Source of the DNA: the human T2T-CHM13v2.0 reference genome, Homo sapiens
Length of the DNA: 64,000 bases
NCBI RefSeq assembly: GCF_009914755.1
Contig: NC_060933.1
Reading direction: 5' to 3' (one strand)
Part shown: one piece after another, positions 1 to 11,899 of the stretch
How positions within the stretch are numbered: the stretch's first letter is position 1
Layout: each line of letters begins with the position of its first letter
Made by a program: the position numbers and the translations under genes
The notes under the pieces: generated by a model
The model's input: only the letters and a program-made list of their open reading frames with translations
Databases searched by the model: none
Told to the model about the DNA's origin: nothing

Positions 1-1535
1 CAACACCTTGAAAGTCAGACTCGGGCTCTCCCAACACAGACCCACCTGCAAGGCTGAACTCAGGCCCTTGTTGGGAAATAACCAGCCCCCAAGCCCCTTC
101 AGCTGCACCTGTACAGAGAACCTTGCAGCCCTGGGTCCTGCCCTGCATCTTCAGCATCTCAGGATCTGGTCTTTCAGTGCACAGTAACTCCAGACGCTCC
201 AAGGGACAGGTCCTGGTCCCAGCCCTAGCCCAAACCCCTCAGAAACCAGATACTGCCTGGGCCGAGCTTCTGCTGGGGGCAAGGATACCTCTGGTCAAAA
301 AGCCAGATGGAGCTCCGGGTCTGTCACCTAGACAGGTGCCTCTGGCTCCAGCTAGGGATTGGGCCCCAGAGAGAAGCCTCGGGCCTGTCCCTGTTCTTGC
401 CCCTGCAGCCAGCTGGAAGCAAGTACGGCAGAGCCACACACCGGAGCAGGGCTGCACCGTCACCCTCACCGGTGGCCCTTGTGTCCCACCTCCCACCCTC
501 CAGCACCCTGGCTTCTCAGGCTGTCCATCTCTAGCCTCCTGCCAGGACCCCCTTTGAGCCAGCCACTCCTGGGGCCCACCCTGGGCTGCTATCACCTCTG
601 ACCTAGGAAAGTGTCATCCGTGCTGCTCACAGCGGGCACAGCTGCCAAGCCTTCCCTGCTCATCCTCCACATCAGCACTGGTCTGCAGACCGGCCCCTTT
701 CCTCCCCAGCCTGTGTGTTCTCTCTGCCTTCCCCCACCAAGCCTAAACCCTGTGGGCTCCCTCCTCAGCCCATCTTGACAATATTCCTTGACCACTTCGG
801 CCTAGGGGCCACCCAACAGCCGTGATCTCCAGGCCACCAAGCACTGCAGGAGAAAACTAAAAAACACCCCAGTTCTGACTGCCCTGTGGGTCTGTTCCCA
901 TCTCCATTCTCAGCTAGGCCTTCCTCTCTCATTCTCCACCCCAGTTAATCCAAACTCGTACCTCTTTTCAGATCTCCCAGCCAGCCAACTGGCCCTTCTC
1001 TGAGCCCTGCCTCCTCCCACACTGGGTGACCCCCCCAACCACCACCCCCTCTCCTCAGGCCGACCACCAGCACAGCTACCCCAGCTCTCAGCAGCGGCAG
1101 GAGAGGAGGCAACCTGTTTCTTCCCAAGGCAGCCCCTAGCCAGTTCCTGCATCCCTGCCTCTTGCTGCCTCCGTGGCCTCTAAACCTCCAGCCTCCCCCG
1201 CCCCCACCCCGCTCTTTCCTACAGCATTTTAAAGTGCTAGGTCTCCACTTGCTTCAGGCTGTCTGCTTTTCTCCCCTTCAGCCAAACTTCTTGAATGTAT
1301 ACTGCCTGCAGCGGCCTGCCATCTCCACAGCCTCAACCCCCATTCTCCCCCCACCCATCAAAACCTGACTTTGACCTCCCGCTCCTCCACCGCCCCATTG
1401 CCTCTGCACTGCTGTCCCGTCCCTGGGTTTCAGGGACCACCATCCCTCTGCTGGGGAGATGCTCATAAGGAACACAGAACTCAAGGAGACAGCAAGGAAT
1501 GGGACAAAGAAATCATTTGATGTTGATAGGCATCT

Positions 1536-1765
1536 ATTTTATACTTGTATAAATGTAAGGGGTACAGGTGCAATTTTGTTGCATGGATACATTGCATAGA
1601 GGCAGAAGCTGGACTTTTAGTGTATCCATCACCCAAATAGTGTACATTTGCCCATTAAGTAATTTCTCATTACCCACCCCCCTTCCACCTCTCCACCCTT
1701 CTGAGGCTCCAGTGCCTACCATTTCACACTCCATGTGTACGCATTATTTAGCTTCCACTTAGAGA
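1536..1765 (-). mobile_element. L1 (L1PB/L1MA-type) 3' end fragment
   Basis: GGGTACAGGTGCAATTTTGTTGCATGGATACATTGCATAG...TATTTAGCTTCCACTTA resembles the reverse of L1 3' UTR consensus; subfamily not resolved. Confidence 0.7.
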
Positions 1766-2991
1766 AAATGCCAAATTTGACTCTCTGAGTTCTTTCTGAT
1801 AGGAGGCATTTATAATGAAGACATAAAAGGCATGAACTTCTATTTGTGGATAAAATAGCATCAACTAGAAAGCAAACTGCTAGAAATGCAAAGGAAGAAA
1901 TTGACAGAAACAATTGCATTTGAGAGTAACACACCACTAGTATTAGCTTATTACAGATCAAGGAGGCAAAAAAATAAGAACCAAGAGGATTTTAATAATT
2001 AATAAGGTTTAATAACCTGGGATGCATCAAGCTCTTACCCTAGAGAGAGCACACCCTTTTTTCAATTATAATTTGGAAGACTACCCGAAGCTGACTGTAT
2101 ACTGAGGTATGAAGAAAACCTTAGAAAGTTACCCAAAGAACCAATTCGGGCCACATTCTGTGTCTTGAAGCAAAAACAAACAAAAATCCCAAAACCCAGA
2201 GATTGGTAACAAATGTTGAATTTTTTAAAACTACCATCAATAAGTTTTAAAAAATAAATACAGAATCAATAGATTCAAAAAGAAAATTGTCTTCTAATTG
2301 AACCAGGTGTATCGTTATATTGACCACATGCATTTCTCTCTCTTTCCTCCGCAAACCACTGTACTGACAGAAAAGAAATAAAAGCGTTAACCTCTATAAG
2401 GACAAAATTAATTTGGGAGATAAGAGAATTTGGAAAATCTTGGCAGATGGAAGGGGATGAAGGAAGGAAGGAATGAAGGCGAATTTAGCAGAGCAGAGGG
2501 AGAAACCAACCGGAAATGAGCTTATCAGGTCCCAAGGAACCCCCAGAGGCTCAGCAGTGGGAGGTCCCCCTGTGTGTTTTGTGGTGGGGGGCAGAGGAGG
2601 AGTCGGGGGGTGGGGAGGTACACCAGGCCAGAAACATGGGGATCAGAGCCCAGCCTCCTCCCGCTCCTCTGCACAGCCAGGAAACTACTCTTTCCCCCTC
2701 ATCTCCTTGCAAGGGACTGGATATTTAGTCTCTGGAGAAATGGAGCCAGGTATACTCTGGACTTGGGGACTCAAGGCAAAGCAGAGGGCTCTGTGAGGGT
2801 GAGGCTGCCAACAATGTTCCTCTCCAACCCCCGCAGTCCCATCACTGCTCCCAAAGTGCCCAGGGCCCACGGGTCCAGCCCCCAGGGAGCTGATTGGAAC
2901 ATCCTTTGGAAAAACCAGCTCCCAGGTATTTCCCCCACCTGAGTCACTGTCTGAGCATCCCAAGGTGGCACCCCCCAATCAACATGCCCTG

Positions 2992-3404
2992 CACGCGCGT
3001 GCGCACACACACACACAAATACACACACACACAAATACGCACACACAAATACAGAAACACACACACATACACAAATACACACACACACAAATACGCACAC
3101 ACACAAATACAGAAACACACACATACACAAATACACAAATACAAAAATACGCACAAATACACAATACACACACAAATACACATAAATACACAAATACGCA
3201 CACACAAATACATATAAATACACACAAATACACACAAATACACACAGAAATACACACGCACACGCACACACACAAAACACATACACATACACACGAATAC
3301 ACACAAATACACACACAAATACACATACACGCACACACATGCACACACGCATACACACATACACACACATACACGTGTGCGCGCGCACACACACACACAC
3401 ACAC
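2992..3404. repeat. Degenerate (CA)n/(CAAATA)-rich low-complexity repeat
   Basis: Direct inspection; source of the HT-rich and CV-rich spurious ORFs. Confidence 0.95.
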
Positions 3405-3546
3405 GAAGAACACAGATAGTTGAGGACTCCCCAGACCGCTGAGGAAAGCTTGCAGTGTGAAAAGGAGAGGCCAACCTAACCAGCCTGTAAAAGGAAACAG
3501 AGGCAATGCAGGGAAGAGATGAGCCTTAAAAAAATAACCCACAACT

Positions 3547-3828
3547 GGCTGGATGCAGTGGCTCACGCCTGTAATCCCAGCACTTTGGGAGGCCGAGGCG
3601 GGTAGATCACTTGAGGTCAGGAGACCAGCCTGGCCAACATGGTGAAACCCCATCTCTACTAAAAGTGGAAAAATTAGCCGGGCGTGGTGGCACGCACCTG
3701 TAGTCCCAGCTCCTCAGGAGGCTGAGGAACAAGAATCACTTGGACCAGGGAGGCAAAAGTTGCAGTGAGATTATGCCACTGCACCACACTCCAGCCTGGG
3801 TGACAGAGAGAGACTCCATCACCAAAAC
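3547..3828 (+). mobile_element. Alu (AluS-like) whose tail runs into a (TA)n/(CA)n microsatellite
   Basis: GGCTGGATGCAGTGGCTCACGCCTGTAATCCCAGC head, dimeric body, ends GAGACTCCATC. Confidence 0.95.
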
Positions 3829-3990
3829 TATATATATATATATGTATATTTATATATACATATATATATACACACACACATATATCACATCACATCATAT
3901 ATATACACAATATATACACACACATATATATACATGATATATATACACACATATATATACACATATGTGTGTGTGTGTGTATATGATATA
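3829..3990. repeat. (TA)n/(CA)n microsatellite left of the provirus
   Basis: Direct inspection; a similar tract continues at 10763-10837 right of the provirus. Confidence 0.9.
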
Positions 3991-4441
3991 TGTCAGGCCT
4001 CTGAGCCCAAGCCAAGCCATCGCATCCCCTGTGACCTGCACGTATACGCCCAGATGGCCTGAAGAAACTGAAGAATCACAAAAGAAGTGAATACGCCCTG
4101 CCCCACCTTAACTGATGACATTCCACCACAAAAGAAGTGTAAATGGCCGGTCCTTGCCTTAACTGATGACATTACCTTGTGAAAGTCCTTTTCCTGGTTC
4201 ATCCTGGCTCAAAAAGCACCCCCACTGAGCACCTTGCGACCCCACTCCTGCCCGCCAGAGAACAAACCCCCTTGACTGTAATTTTCCTTTACCTACCCAA
4301 ATCCTATAAAACGGCCCCACCCTTATCTCCCTTCGCTGACTCTCTTTTCGGACTCAGCCCGCCTGCACCCAGGTGAAATAAACAGCCATGTTGCTCACAC
4401 AAAGCCTGTTTGGTGGTCTCTTCATATGGACGCGCATGAAA
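3991..4441 (+). promoter_or_regulatory. 5' LTR (LTR7), 451 bp; TATA at 4305-4310, AATAAA at 4377-4382
   Basis: TGTCAGGCCTCTGAGCCCAAG...GCGCATGAAA are the typical LTR7 termini; directly repeated at 10309-10760. Confidence 0.95.
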
Positions 4442-4443
4442 TT

Positions 4444-4461
4444 TGGTGCCGTGACTCGGAT
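4444..4461 (+). promoter_or_regulatory. Primer binding site for tRNA-His
   Basis: TGGTGCCGTGACTCGGAT is the 18-nt complement of the tRNA-His(GUG) 3' end, 2 nt after the LTR. Confidence 0.95.
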
Positions 4462-4584
4462 CAGGGGACCTCCCTTGGGAGATCAATCCCCTGTCCTCCT
4501 GTTCTTTGCTCTGTGAGAAAGATCCACCTACGACCTCAGGTCCTCAGACCGACCAGCCCAAGAAACATCTCACCAATTTCAAAT

Positions 4585-4593
4585 CCGGTAAGC
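4585..4593 (+). promoter_or_regulatory. HERV-H major 5' splice donor (CCG|GTAAGC, intron starts 4588)
   Basis: Consensus donor ~145 nt after the 5' LTR, where HERV-H chimeric transcripts typically splice. Confidence 0.75.
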
Positions 4594-4939
4594 GGCCTCT
4601 TTACTCTCTTCTCCAACCTCCCTCACTATCCCTCAACCTCTTTCTCCTTTCAATCTTGGTGCCACACTTCAATCTCTCCCTTCTCTTAATTTCAATTCCT
4701 TTCATTTTCTGGTAGAGACAAAGGAGACACATTTTATCTGTGGACCCAAAACTCCGGCGCCGGTCAGTGACTGGGAAGGCAGCCTTCCCTTGGTGTTTAA
4801 TCATTGCAGGGACGCCTCTCTGATTATACACTCACGTTTCAAGGGTGTCAGACCACTCAGGGACGCCTGCCTTGGTCCTTCACCCTTAGCGGCAAGTCCC
4901 GCTTTTCTGGGGCAAGAACCCCCAATCCCTTTTCTCCGC

Positions 4940-5110
4940 GCCCCAACCTCTTATCTCTGTGCCCTAATCCCTTATTTCCACGCCCCAACCTCTTATCTCT
5001 GCGACCCAATCCCTTATTTCCGTGCCCCAACCTCTTATCTCTGTGTCCCAATCCCTTATTTCTGCACACCAACCTCTTATCTCTGTGCCCCAATCCCTTA
5101 TTTCCATGCC
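4940..5110 (+). repeat. ~4 x 42-bp tandem repeat in the HERV-H pre-gag leader
   Basis: Unit ~GCCCCAACCTCTTATCTCTGTGCCCCAATCCCTTATTTCCAC; appears in the ORF track as repeated APTSYLCxPIPYFx. Confidence 0.85.
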
Positions 5111-5189
5111 CCGACCCCTCTTCCCACTTTTCTGGAGGGTAAGATCCCCCGAACCCCTTCCCTCCGTGTCTCTACGCTCTCTTTTCTCT

Positions 5190-6789
5190 AGGTTTGCCTC
5201 CTTCACTACGGGCAACCTTCCACCCTCCATTCCTCCTTCTTCTCCTTTAGCCTGTGTCCTCAAGAACTTAAAACCTCTTCAACTCACACCTGACCTAAAA
5301 CCTAAACGCCTTATTTTCTTCTGCAACACCGCTTGGCCCCAATACAAACTCGACAATGGCTCTAAATGGCCAGAAAACGGCACTTTCGATTTCTCCATCC
5401 TACAAGACCTAAATAATTTTTGTCGAAAAATGGGCAAATGGTCTGAGGTGCCTTATGTCCAGGCATTTTTCACATTTCATTCCCTCCCTAGCCTCTGTTC
5501 CCAATGCGATTCCTCCCAGAACCTCCTTCTTTCCCTCCCACCTGTCCCCTCAGTCCCAACCCCAAGCGTCACTGAGTCTTTCTAGTCTTCCTTTTCTACA
5601 GACCCATCTGACCTTTCCCCTCCTCCCCAGGCCTAAGTCCCAATTCTTCCTCAGCCTCTGCTCCTCCACCCTACAGTCCTTCTACCACCTCCCCTCCTCA
5701 CACCCGGTCCGGCTTACAGTTTAGTTCCGCGACTAGCTCTTCCCCACATGCCCAGCAATTTCCTCTTAGAGAGGTGGCTGGAGCTGAAGGCATAGTCAGG
5801 GTACATGTACCTTTTTCTCTATCAGACCTCTCTCAGATCAGTCAACATTTAGGCTCTTTCTCATCAGACCCCACTAAATACATACAGGAATTCCGGTATC
5901 TAACTCTGTCCTACAACTTAACCTGGAGTGACTTAATGTCATCCTGACTTCTACCCTCTCCCCAGATGCACAGGAAAGAGTTTTTTTCTCTAGCCCAATC
6001 TCATGCTGATAACCGCCGGCTTCATGAGCCAGACCTCCAGGAAGGCATTAGAGCAGTTCCCCGAGAGGATCCCCAATGGAACTACCAGGCAAATTCCCCA
6101 GGTATAGCTAAGCAAGATTACATGGTTTCCTGCGTAGTTGAAGGGCTTAAAAAAGCAGCTTACAAAGCTATTAATTATGACAAACTTAAAGAACTACCCA
6201 AGGTAAAGATGAAAACCCAGCCCAGTTCATGGCCCGCTTAGCAGCAACCATTAGATGCTATACCGCCCTAGACCCAGAGGGACCAGAAGGCCGCCTTATT
6301 CTTAATATGCATTTTATCACCCAATCCACTCCTGACATTAGGAAAAAACTTCAAAAATTAGAATCTGGCCCTCAAACCCCACAACAGGAATTAATCAACC
6401 TCGCCTTCAAGGTGTACAATAATAGAGAGGAAGCAGCCAGACGGCAACGCATTTCTGAGTTACAATTACTTGACTCTGCTGTGAGACAAAACCCAGCCAC
6501 ACCTCCTGCATACAGGAACTTCAAAATGCCTAAGCCGCAGCAGTCAAGCATTCCTACAAGACTTCCTCCATCAGGATCTTGCTTCAAGTGCCAGAAATCT
6601 GGCCACTGGGCCAAGGAATGCCCACAGCCCGGGATTCCTCCCAAGCCATGTCCCATCTGTGCAGGGACCCACTGGAAATCAGACTTCCCAGCTCGCCTGG
6701 CAGCCACTCCTAGAGCCCCTAAAGCTCTAGCCCAAGGCTCTCTGACTGACTCCTTCCCAGATCTGCTTGGCTTAGTGACTGAAGATTGA
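5190..6789 (+). pseudogene. HERV-H gag remnant (frameshifts and stops)
   Basis: MA-like WPQYKLDNGSKWPENGTFDFSILQDL; CA-like YTALDPEGPEGRLIL; zinc knuckle CFKCQKSGHWAKEC; second knuckle degenerate (CPICAGTHWKSDF); TGA at 6787-6789. Confidence 0.9.
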
Positions 6790-9140
6790 CGCTGCCAGAT
6801 CGCCTCGGAAGCCCCCTGGACCATCACGGACGCCGAGCTTCGGGTAACTCTGACAGTGGAGGGTAAGTCCATCCCCTGTTTAATCGATACGGGGGCTACC
6901 CACTCCATGTTGCCTTCTTTTCAAGGGCCTGTTTCCCTTGCCCCCATAACTGTTGTGGGTATTGACGGCCAAGCTTCAAAACCCCTGAAAACCCCCCGAC
7001 TCTGGTGCCAACTTGGACAACACTCTTTTATGCACTCTTTTTTAGTTATCCCCACCTGCCCAGTTCCCTTATTAGGCCGAGATATTTTAACCAAATTATC
7101 TGCTTCCCTGACTATTCCTGGACTACAGCCACATCTCATTGCCGCCCTTCTCCCCAACCCAAAGCCTCCTTCCCTTCTTCCTCTCATATCCCCCCACCTT
7201 AACCCACAAGTATGGGACATCTCTACTCCTTCCCTGGCAACTGATCACATGCCCATTACCATCCCATTAAAACCTAATCACCCTTACCCTGCTCAATGCC
7301 AATATCCCATCCCACAGCATGCTTTAAAAGGATTAAAGCCTGTTATCACTTGCCTGCTACAGCACGGGCTTCTAAAACCTATAAACTCTCCTTACAATTC
7401 CCCCATTTTACCTGTCCAAAAACCAGATAAGTCTTACAATTTAGTTCAGGATCTGCGCCTTATCAACCAAATTGTTTTGCCTATCCACCCCATGGTGCCA
7501 AACCCATATACTCTCCTATCCTCAATACCTGCCTCTACAACCCATTATTCTGTTCTAGATCTCAAACATGCTTTCTTTACTATTCCTTTGCACTGTTAAT
7601 CCCAGCCTCTCTTCGCTTTCACTTGGACTGACCCTGACACCCATCAAGCTCAGCAAATTACCTAGGCTGTACTGCCGCAAAGCTTCACAGACAGCCCCCA
7701 TTACTTCAATCAAGCCCAAATGTCTTCCTCATCTGTTACCTATCTCGGCATAATTCTCATAAAAACACACGTGCTCTCCCTGCCAATCGTGTCCAACTGA
7801 TCTCTCAAACCCAAGCACCTTCTACAAAACAACAACTCCTTTCCTTCCTAGGCATGGTTAGCACGGTCAGAATTCTTACACAAGAGCCAGGACCACACCC
7901 TGTAGCCTTTCTGTCCAAACAACTTGACCTTACTGTTTTAGCCTAGCCCTCATGTCTGCGTGCAGCAGCTGCCGCTGCTTTAATACTTTTAGAGGCCCTC
8001 AAAATCACAAACTATGCTCAACTCACTCTCTACAGTTCTCATAACTTCCAAAATCTATTTTCTTCCTCATACCTGACGCATATACTTTCTGCTTGCCGGC
8101 TCCTTCAGCCATACTCACTCTTTGTTAAGTCTCCCACAATTACCGTTGTTCCTGGCCCAGACTTCAATCTGGCCTCCCACATTATTCCTGATACCACACC
8201 TGACCCCCATGACTGTATCTCTCTGATCCACCTGACATTCACCCCATTTCCCCAAATTTCCTTCTTTTCTGTTCCTCACCCTGATCACGCTTGATTTATT
8301 GATGGCGGTTCCACCAGGCCTAATCGCCACACACCAGAAAAGGCAGGTTATGCTATAGTACAAGCCACTAGCCTGCCTCATAGAACCTCTCATTTCCTTT
8401 CCGTCGTGGAAATCTATCCTCAAGGAAATAACTTCTCAGTGTTCCATCTGCTATTCTACTACTCCTCAGGGATTATTCAGGCCCCCTCCCTTCCCCATCA
8501 AGCTCGAGGATTTGCCCCACCCAGGACTGGCAAATTAGCTTTACTCAACATGCCCTGAGTCAGATAACTAAAATATCTCTTAGTCTGGATAGACACTTTC
8601 ACTGGATGGGTAGAGGCCTTCCCCACAGGGTCTGAGAAGGCCACCGAGGTCATTTCTTCCCTTCTGTCAGACATAATTCCTCAGTTTGGCCTTCCCACCT
8701 CTACACAGCAGTCTGATAACGGACCAGCCTTTACTAGCCAAATCACCCAAGCAGTTCCTCAGGCTCTTGGTATTCAGTGGAACCTTCATATTCCTTACCA
8801 TCCTCAATCTTCAGGAAAGGTAGAACGGACTAATGGTCTTTTAAAGACACACCTCACCAAGCTCAGCCTCCAACTTAAAAAGGATTGGACAGTACTTTTA
8901 CCTCTTGCTCTTCTCAGAATCAGAGCCTGTCCTCGAGATGCTGCAGGGTACAGTCCATTTGAACTTTTACGTGGATGCACTTTCTTGCTTGGCCCCAACT
9001 TCATCCCAGACACCAGCCCTCTAGGCGACTATCTTCCAGTCCTCCAGCAGGCTAGACAGGAAATTCGCCAGGCTGCTAATCTTCTCTTGCCTACTCCAGA
9101 TCCCCAGCCCTATGAAGACAACCTAGCTGGACGATCAGTT
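6790..9140 (+). pseudogene. HERV-H pro-pol remnant (protease, 5' RT, partial RNase H and integrase; internally deleted)
   Basis: LIDTGA aspartyl protease motif, LLGRD, RT motifs PYNSPILPVQKP/VQDLR/YSVLDLKHAFF with a stop at 7597-7599; integrase-like SDNGPAF and YHPQSSGKVER at ~8710-8830. Confidence 0.9.
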
Positions 9141-10146
9141 CTTGTTCCTCCCAGGCCCTCTTGTTTACTTATACCCAGCCCCGAAAATAACAGTGAAAGG
9201 TTGCTCGTAGATACTCAACGTTTCCTCATACACCATGAAAATCGAACCTCCTCCTCTACGCAGTTACCCCATCAGTCCCCATTACAACCTCTGACAGCTG
9301 CCACCCTAGCTGGATCCCTAGGAGTCTGGGTACAAAACACCCCTTTCAGCACTCATTCTCATCTTTTTACTTTACATCTCCAGTTTTGCCTCGCACAAGG
9401 TCTCTTCTTCCTCTGTGGATCCTCTACCTACATGTGTCTACCTGCTAATTGGACAGGCACATGTACACTAGTCTTCCTTACCCCCAAAATTCAATTTGCA
9501 AATGGGACCGAAGAACTCCCTGTTCCCCTCATGACACCGACACGACAAAAAAGAGTTATTCCACTAATTCCCTTGATGGTCGGTTTAGGACTTTCTGCCT
9601 CCACTATTGCTCTCGGTACTGGAATAGCAGGCATTTCAACCTGTCACGACATTTTGTAGCCTGTCTAATGACTTCTGTGCTAGCATCACAGACATATCAC
9701 AAACTTTATCAGTCCTCCAGGCCCAAGTTAACTCTTTAGCTGCAGTTGTCCTCCAAAACCGCCGAGGCCTTGACTTACTCACTGCTGAAAAAGGAGGACT
9801 TTGCATATTCTTAAATGAGGAGTGTTGTTTTTACCTAAATCAATCTGGCCTGGTGTATGACAACATAAAAAAACTCAAGGATAGAGCCCAAAAACTTGCC
9901 AACCAAGCAAGTAATTACTCTGAACCCCCTTGGGCACGCTCTGATTGGATGTCCTGGGTCCTCCCAATTCTTAGTCCTTTAATACCCATTTTTCTCCTTC
10001 TTTTATTCGGACCTTGTATCTTCCATTTAGTTTCTCAGTTCATCCAAAACCGTATCCAGGCCATCACCAATCATTATATACGACAAATGTTTCTTCTAAC
10101 ATCCCCACAATATCACCCCTTACCACAAGACCTCCCTGCAGCTTAA
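9140..10146 (+). pseudogene. HERV-H env remnant (SU C-terminus plus TM), one frameshift near 9641
   Basis: CLPANWTGTCTL, furin site RQKR (9543-9554), fusion peptide, ISD LQNRRGLDLLTAEKGGLC (9751-9804), CX6CC, TM anchor LLLLFGPCIF. Confidence 0.9.
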
Positions 10147-10295
10147 TCTCTCCCACTCTAGGTTCCCACGCCGCCCCTAATCCTGCTTGAAGCAGCCCTG
10201 AGAAACATCGCCCATTCTCTCTCCATACCACCCCCCAAAAATTTTCGCCGCCCCAACACTTCAACACTATTTTGTTTTATTTTTCTTATTAACAT

Positions 10296-10308
10296 AAGAA
10301 GGCAGGAA
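10296..10308 (+). promoter_or_regulatory. Polypurine tract
   Basis: AAGAAGGCAGGAA immediately before the 3' LTR. Confidence 0.8.
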
Positions 10309-10760
10309 TGTCAGGCCTCTGAGCCCAAGCCAAGCCATCGCATCCCCTGTGACCTGCACGTATATGCCCAGATGGCCTGAAGTAACTGAAGAATCACAAA
10401 AGAAGTGAATACACCCTGCCCCACCTTAACTGATGACATTCCACCGCAAAAGAAGTGTAAATGGCCGGTCCTTGCCTTAACTGATGACATTACCTTGTGA
10501 AAGTCCTTTTCCTGGCTCATCTTGGCTCAAAAAGCACCCCCACTGAGCACCTTGCGACCCCACTCCTGCCCGCCAGAGAACAAACCCCCTTTGACTGTAA
10601 TTTTCCTTTACCTACCCAAATCCTATAAAACGGCCCCACCCTTATCTCCCTTCGCTGACTCTCTTTTCGGACTCAGCCCGCCTGCACCCAGGTGAAATAA
10701 ACAGCCATGTTGCTCACACAAAGCCTGTTTGGTGGTCTCTTCACACGGACGCGCATGAAA
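10309..10760 (+). promoter_or_regulatory. 3' LTR (LTR7), 452 bp; poly(A) signal AATAAA at 10696-10701
   Basis: Direct repeat of 3991-4441 with about 8 substitutions and 1 indel by eye. Confidence 0.95.
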
Positions 10761-11899
10761 AAATATATATATACATATATATATATATATACACATATAT
10801 ATGTGTGTGTGTATATATATATATGTATATATATATGCTGGAATGACAGCCTGCCTTCCTCTTGCCTTAGTTCCAACTTTGGGGTTGCTTTTTTCCTTAA
10901 TACGCCTTGACAATACGCCATAGTCACAAACCCCAAAGCCTTGGTGACCTGGCAGCAAATGAGTAACTGAAGCAGCCCTGCTTGAGATGACACCCAGACC
11001 CAGTGTCGGGGACATCAAGGAGGGGTGGAGACTGGAGGGAATTGAAAAGCATATGCCCTTACTAAAGGCAGCAGGGAATCTTTGCTGTGGATTTACAAAC
11101 CATCCATTCTCTGTTGACTCCTCCATTTCTATACCCAGCCCCACCACGCCCCAAGCTGCAGATTCACAGGGCTGAATGCCCACTTGGATAGTTCACAGGC
11201 ATCAAACTTGTTATGTCTGAAATGGAACCCTTGACTTTTCTGACCCCTGAACCTGTTCCTCCTCTCATCTTCCAATCCCAACCAATCCCAAAACACTGCT
11301 CCACTCTCCTCCCCGTTGCTCCAGCCAAGAGCCAAGTGTGACTTCTTGATTCTTGCACATTAAAAAGGATTTATAGGTCTGGAGCAATGTTCATGATACA
11401 TTGTGGGTGAAAAGCAAGCAGTAGATCAGTATGTCCCATTCCTTTAAGGAAAAATAAATAAATTACATATAATAAATTACATCAAAGAACAATGTGGACG
11501 CAGATGCATCACCCTGTTCACGGCAATTTCCTCTGGGTCGTGGGGCTCAGCAGGATAGGGAAGGAGGACTCGTATTTTCTACTTTATATTCTTTAGTATT
11601 GCTTGAATATTTTACAACCAGTTTTTGTTTCTTGTTTTGCTATGGAGCCATTTAAAAATAAATAAAACATACCCATATAATGAAACACTATGTAGCCATT
11701 AAGTTTGTAGAATAATAATAAATGACATTGAAAGATGTTAATAATATATTAAGTGTAAAAGCTGATAACAGAATTGTATGTGCAGGAGGATTCTAGTTTA
11801 GTTTTTGAACTATATTTGCAAAATCAGGTCTGGATTAGGAGAGAGTAGAGTGTAGGTAAGAGCTTGAGCTTGGGGAGAAAGGGGATGTGGATGTTGAGT

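Larger units (their letters stand above)
3991..10760 (+). mobile_element. HERV-H endogenous retrovirus provirus (LTR7-HERVH-LTR7), coding-defective
   Basis: Two near-identical LTRs, tRNA-His PBS, gag CCHC knuckle, protease DTGA, RT motifs, integrase remnant, env TM with immunosuppressive domain, PPT. Confidence 0.97.

Noticed and set aside
1-1500. Possible exons or 3' end of the left-hand neighbour gene (DAB2IP if the locus call is right)
   Set aside because: No splice-bounded coding signal or recognisable peptide; not supportable from the sequence
2771-3653. Long His/Thr-rich and Cys/Val-rich ORFs (also at 20374-21350, 30282-30846, 39976-40864)
   Set aside because: Translations of CA/TG/TA low-complexity repeats that lack stop codons
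4444-4461. tRNA-His-like sequence
   Set aside because: Only the 18-nt retroviral primer binding site, not a tRNA gene
4940-5110. Regularly spaced repeats resembling a CRISPR array
   Set aside because: Head-to-tail units with no unique spacers, inside an ERV in primate DNA; no cas genes
6856-7599. Protease-RT ORF as a functional enzyme
   Set aside because: Non-ATG start, stop before the YxDD catalytic motif, and downstream pol is deleted and frameshifted
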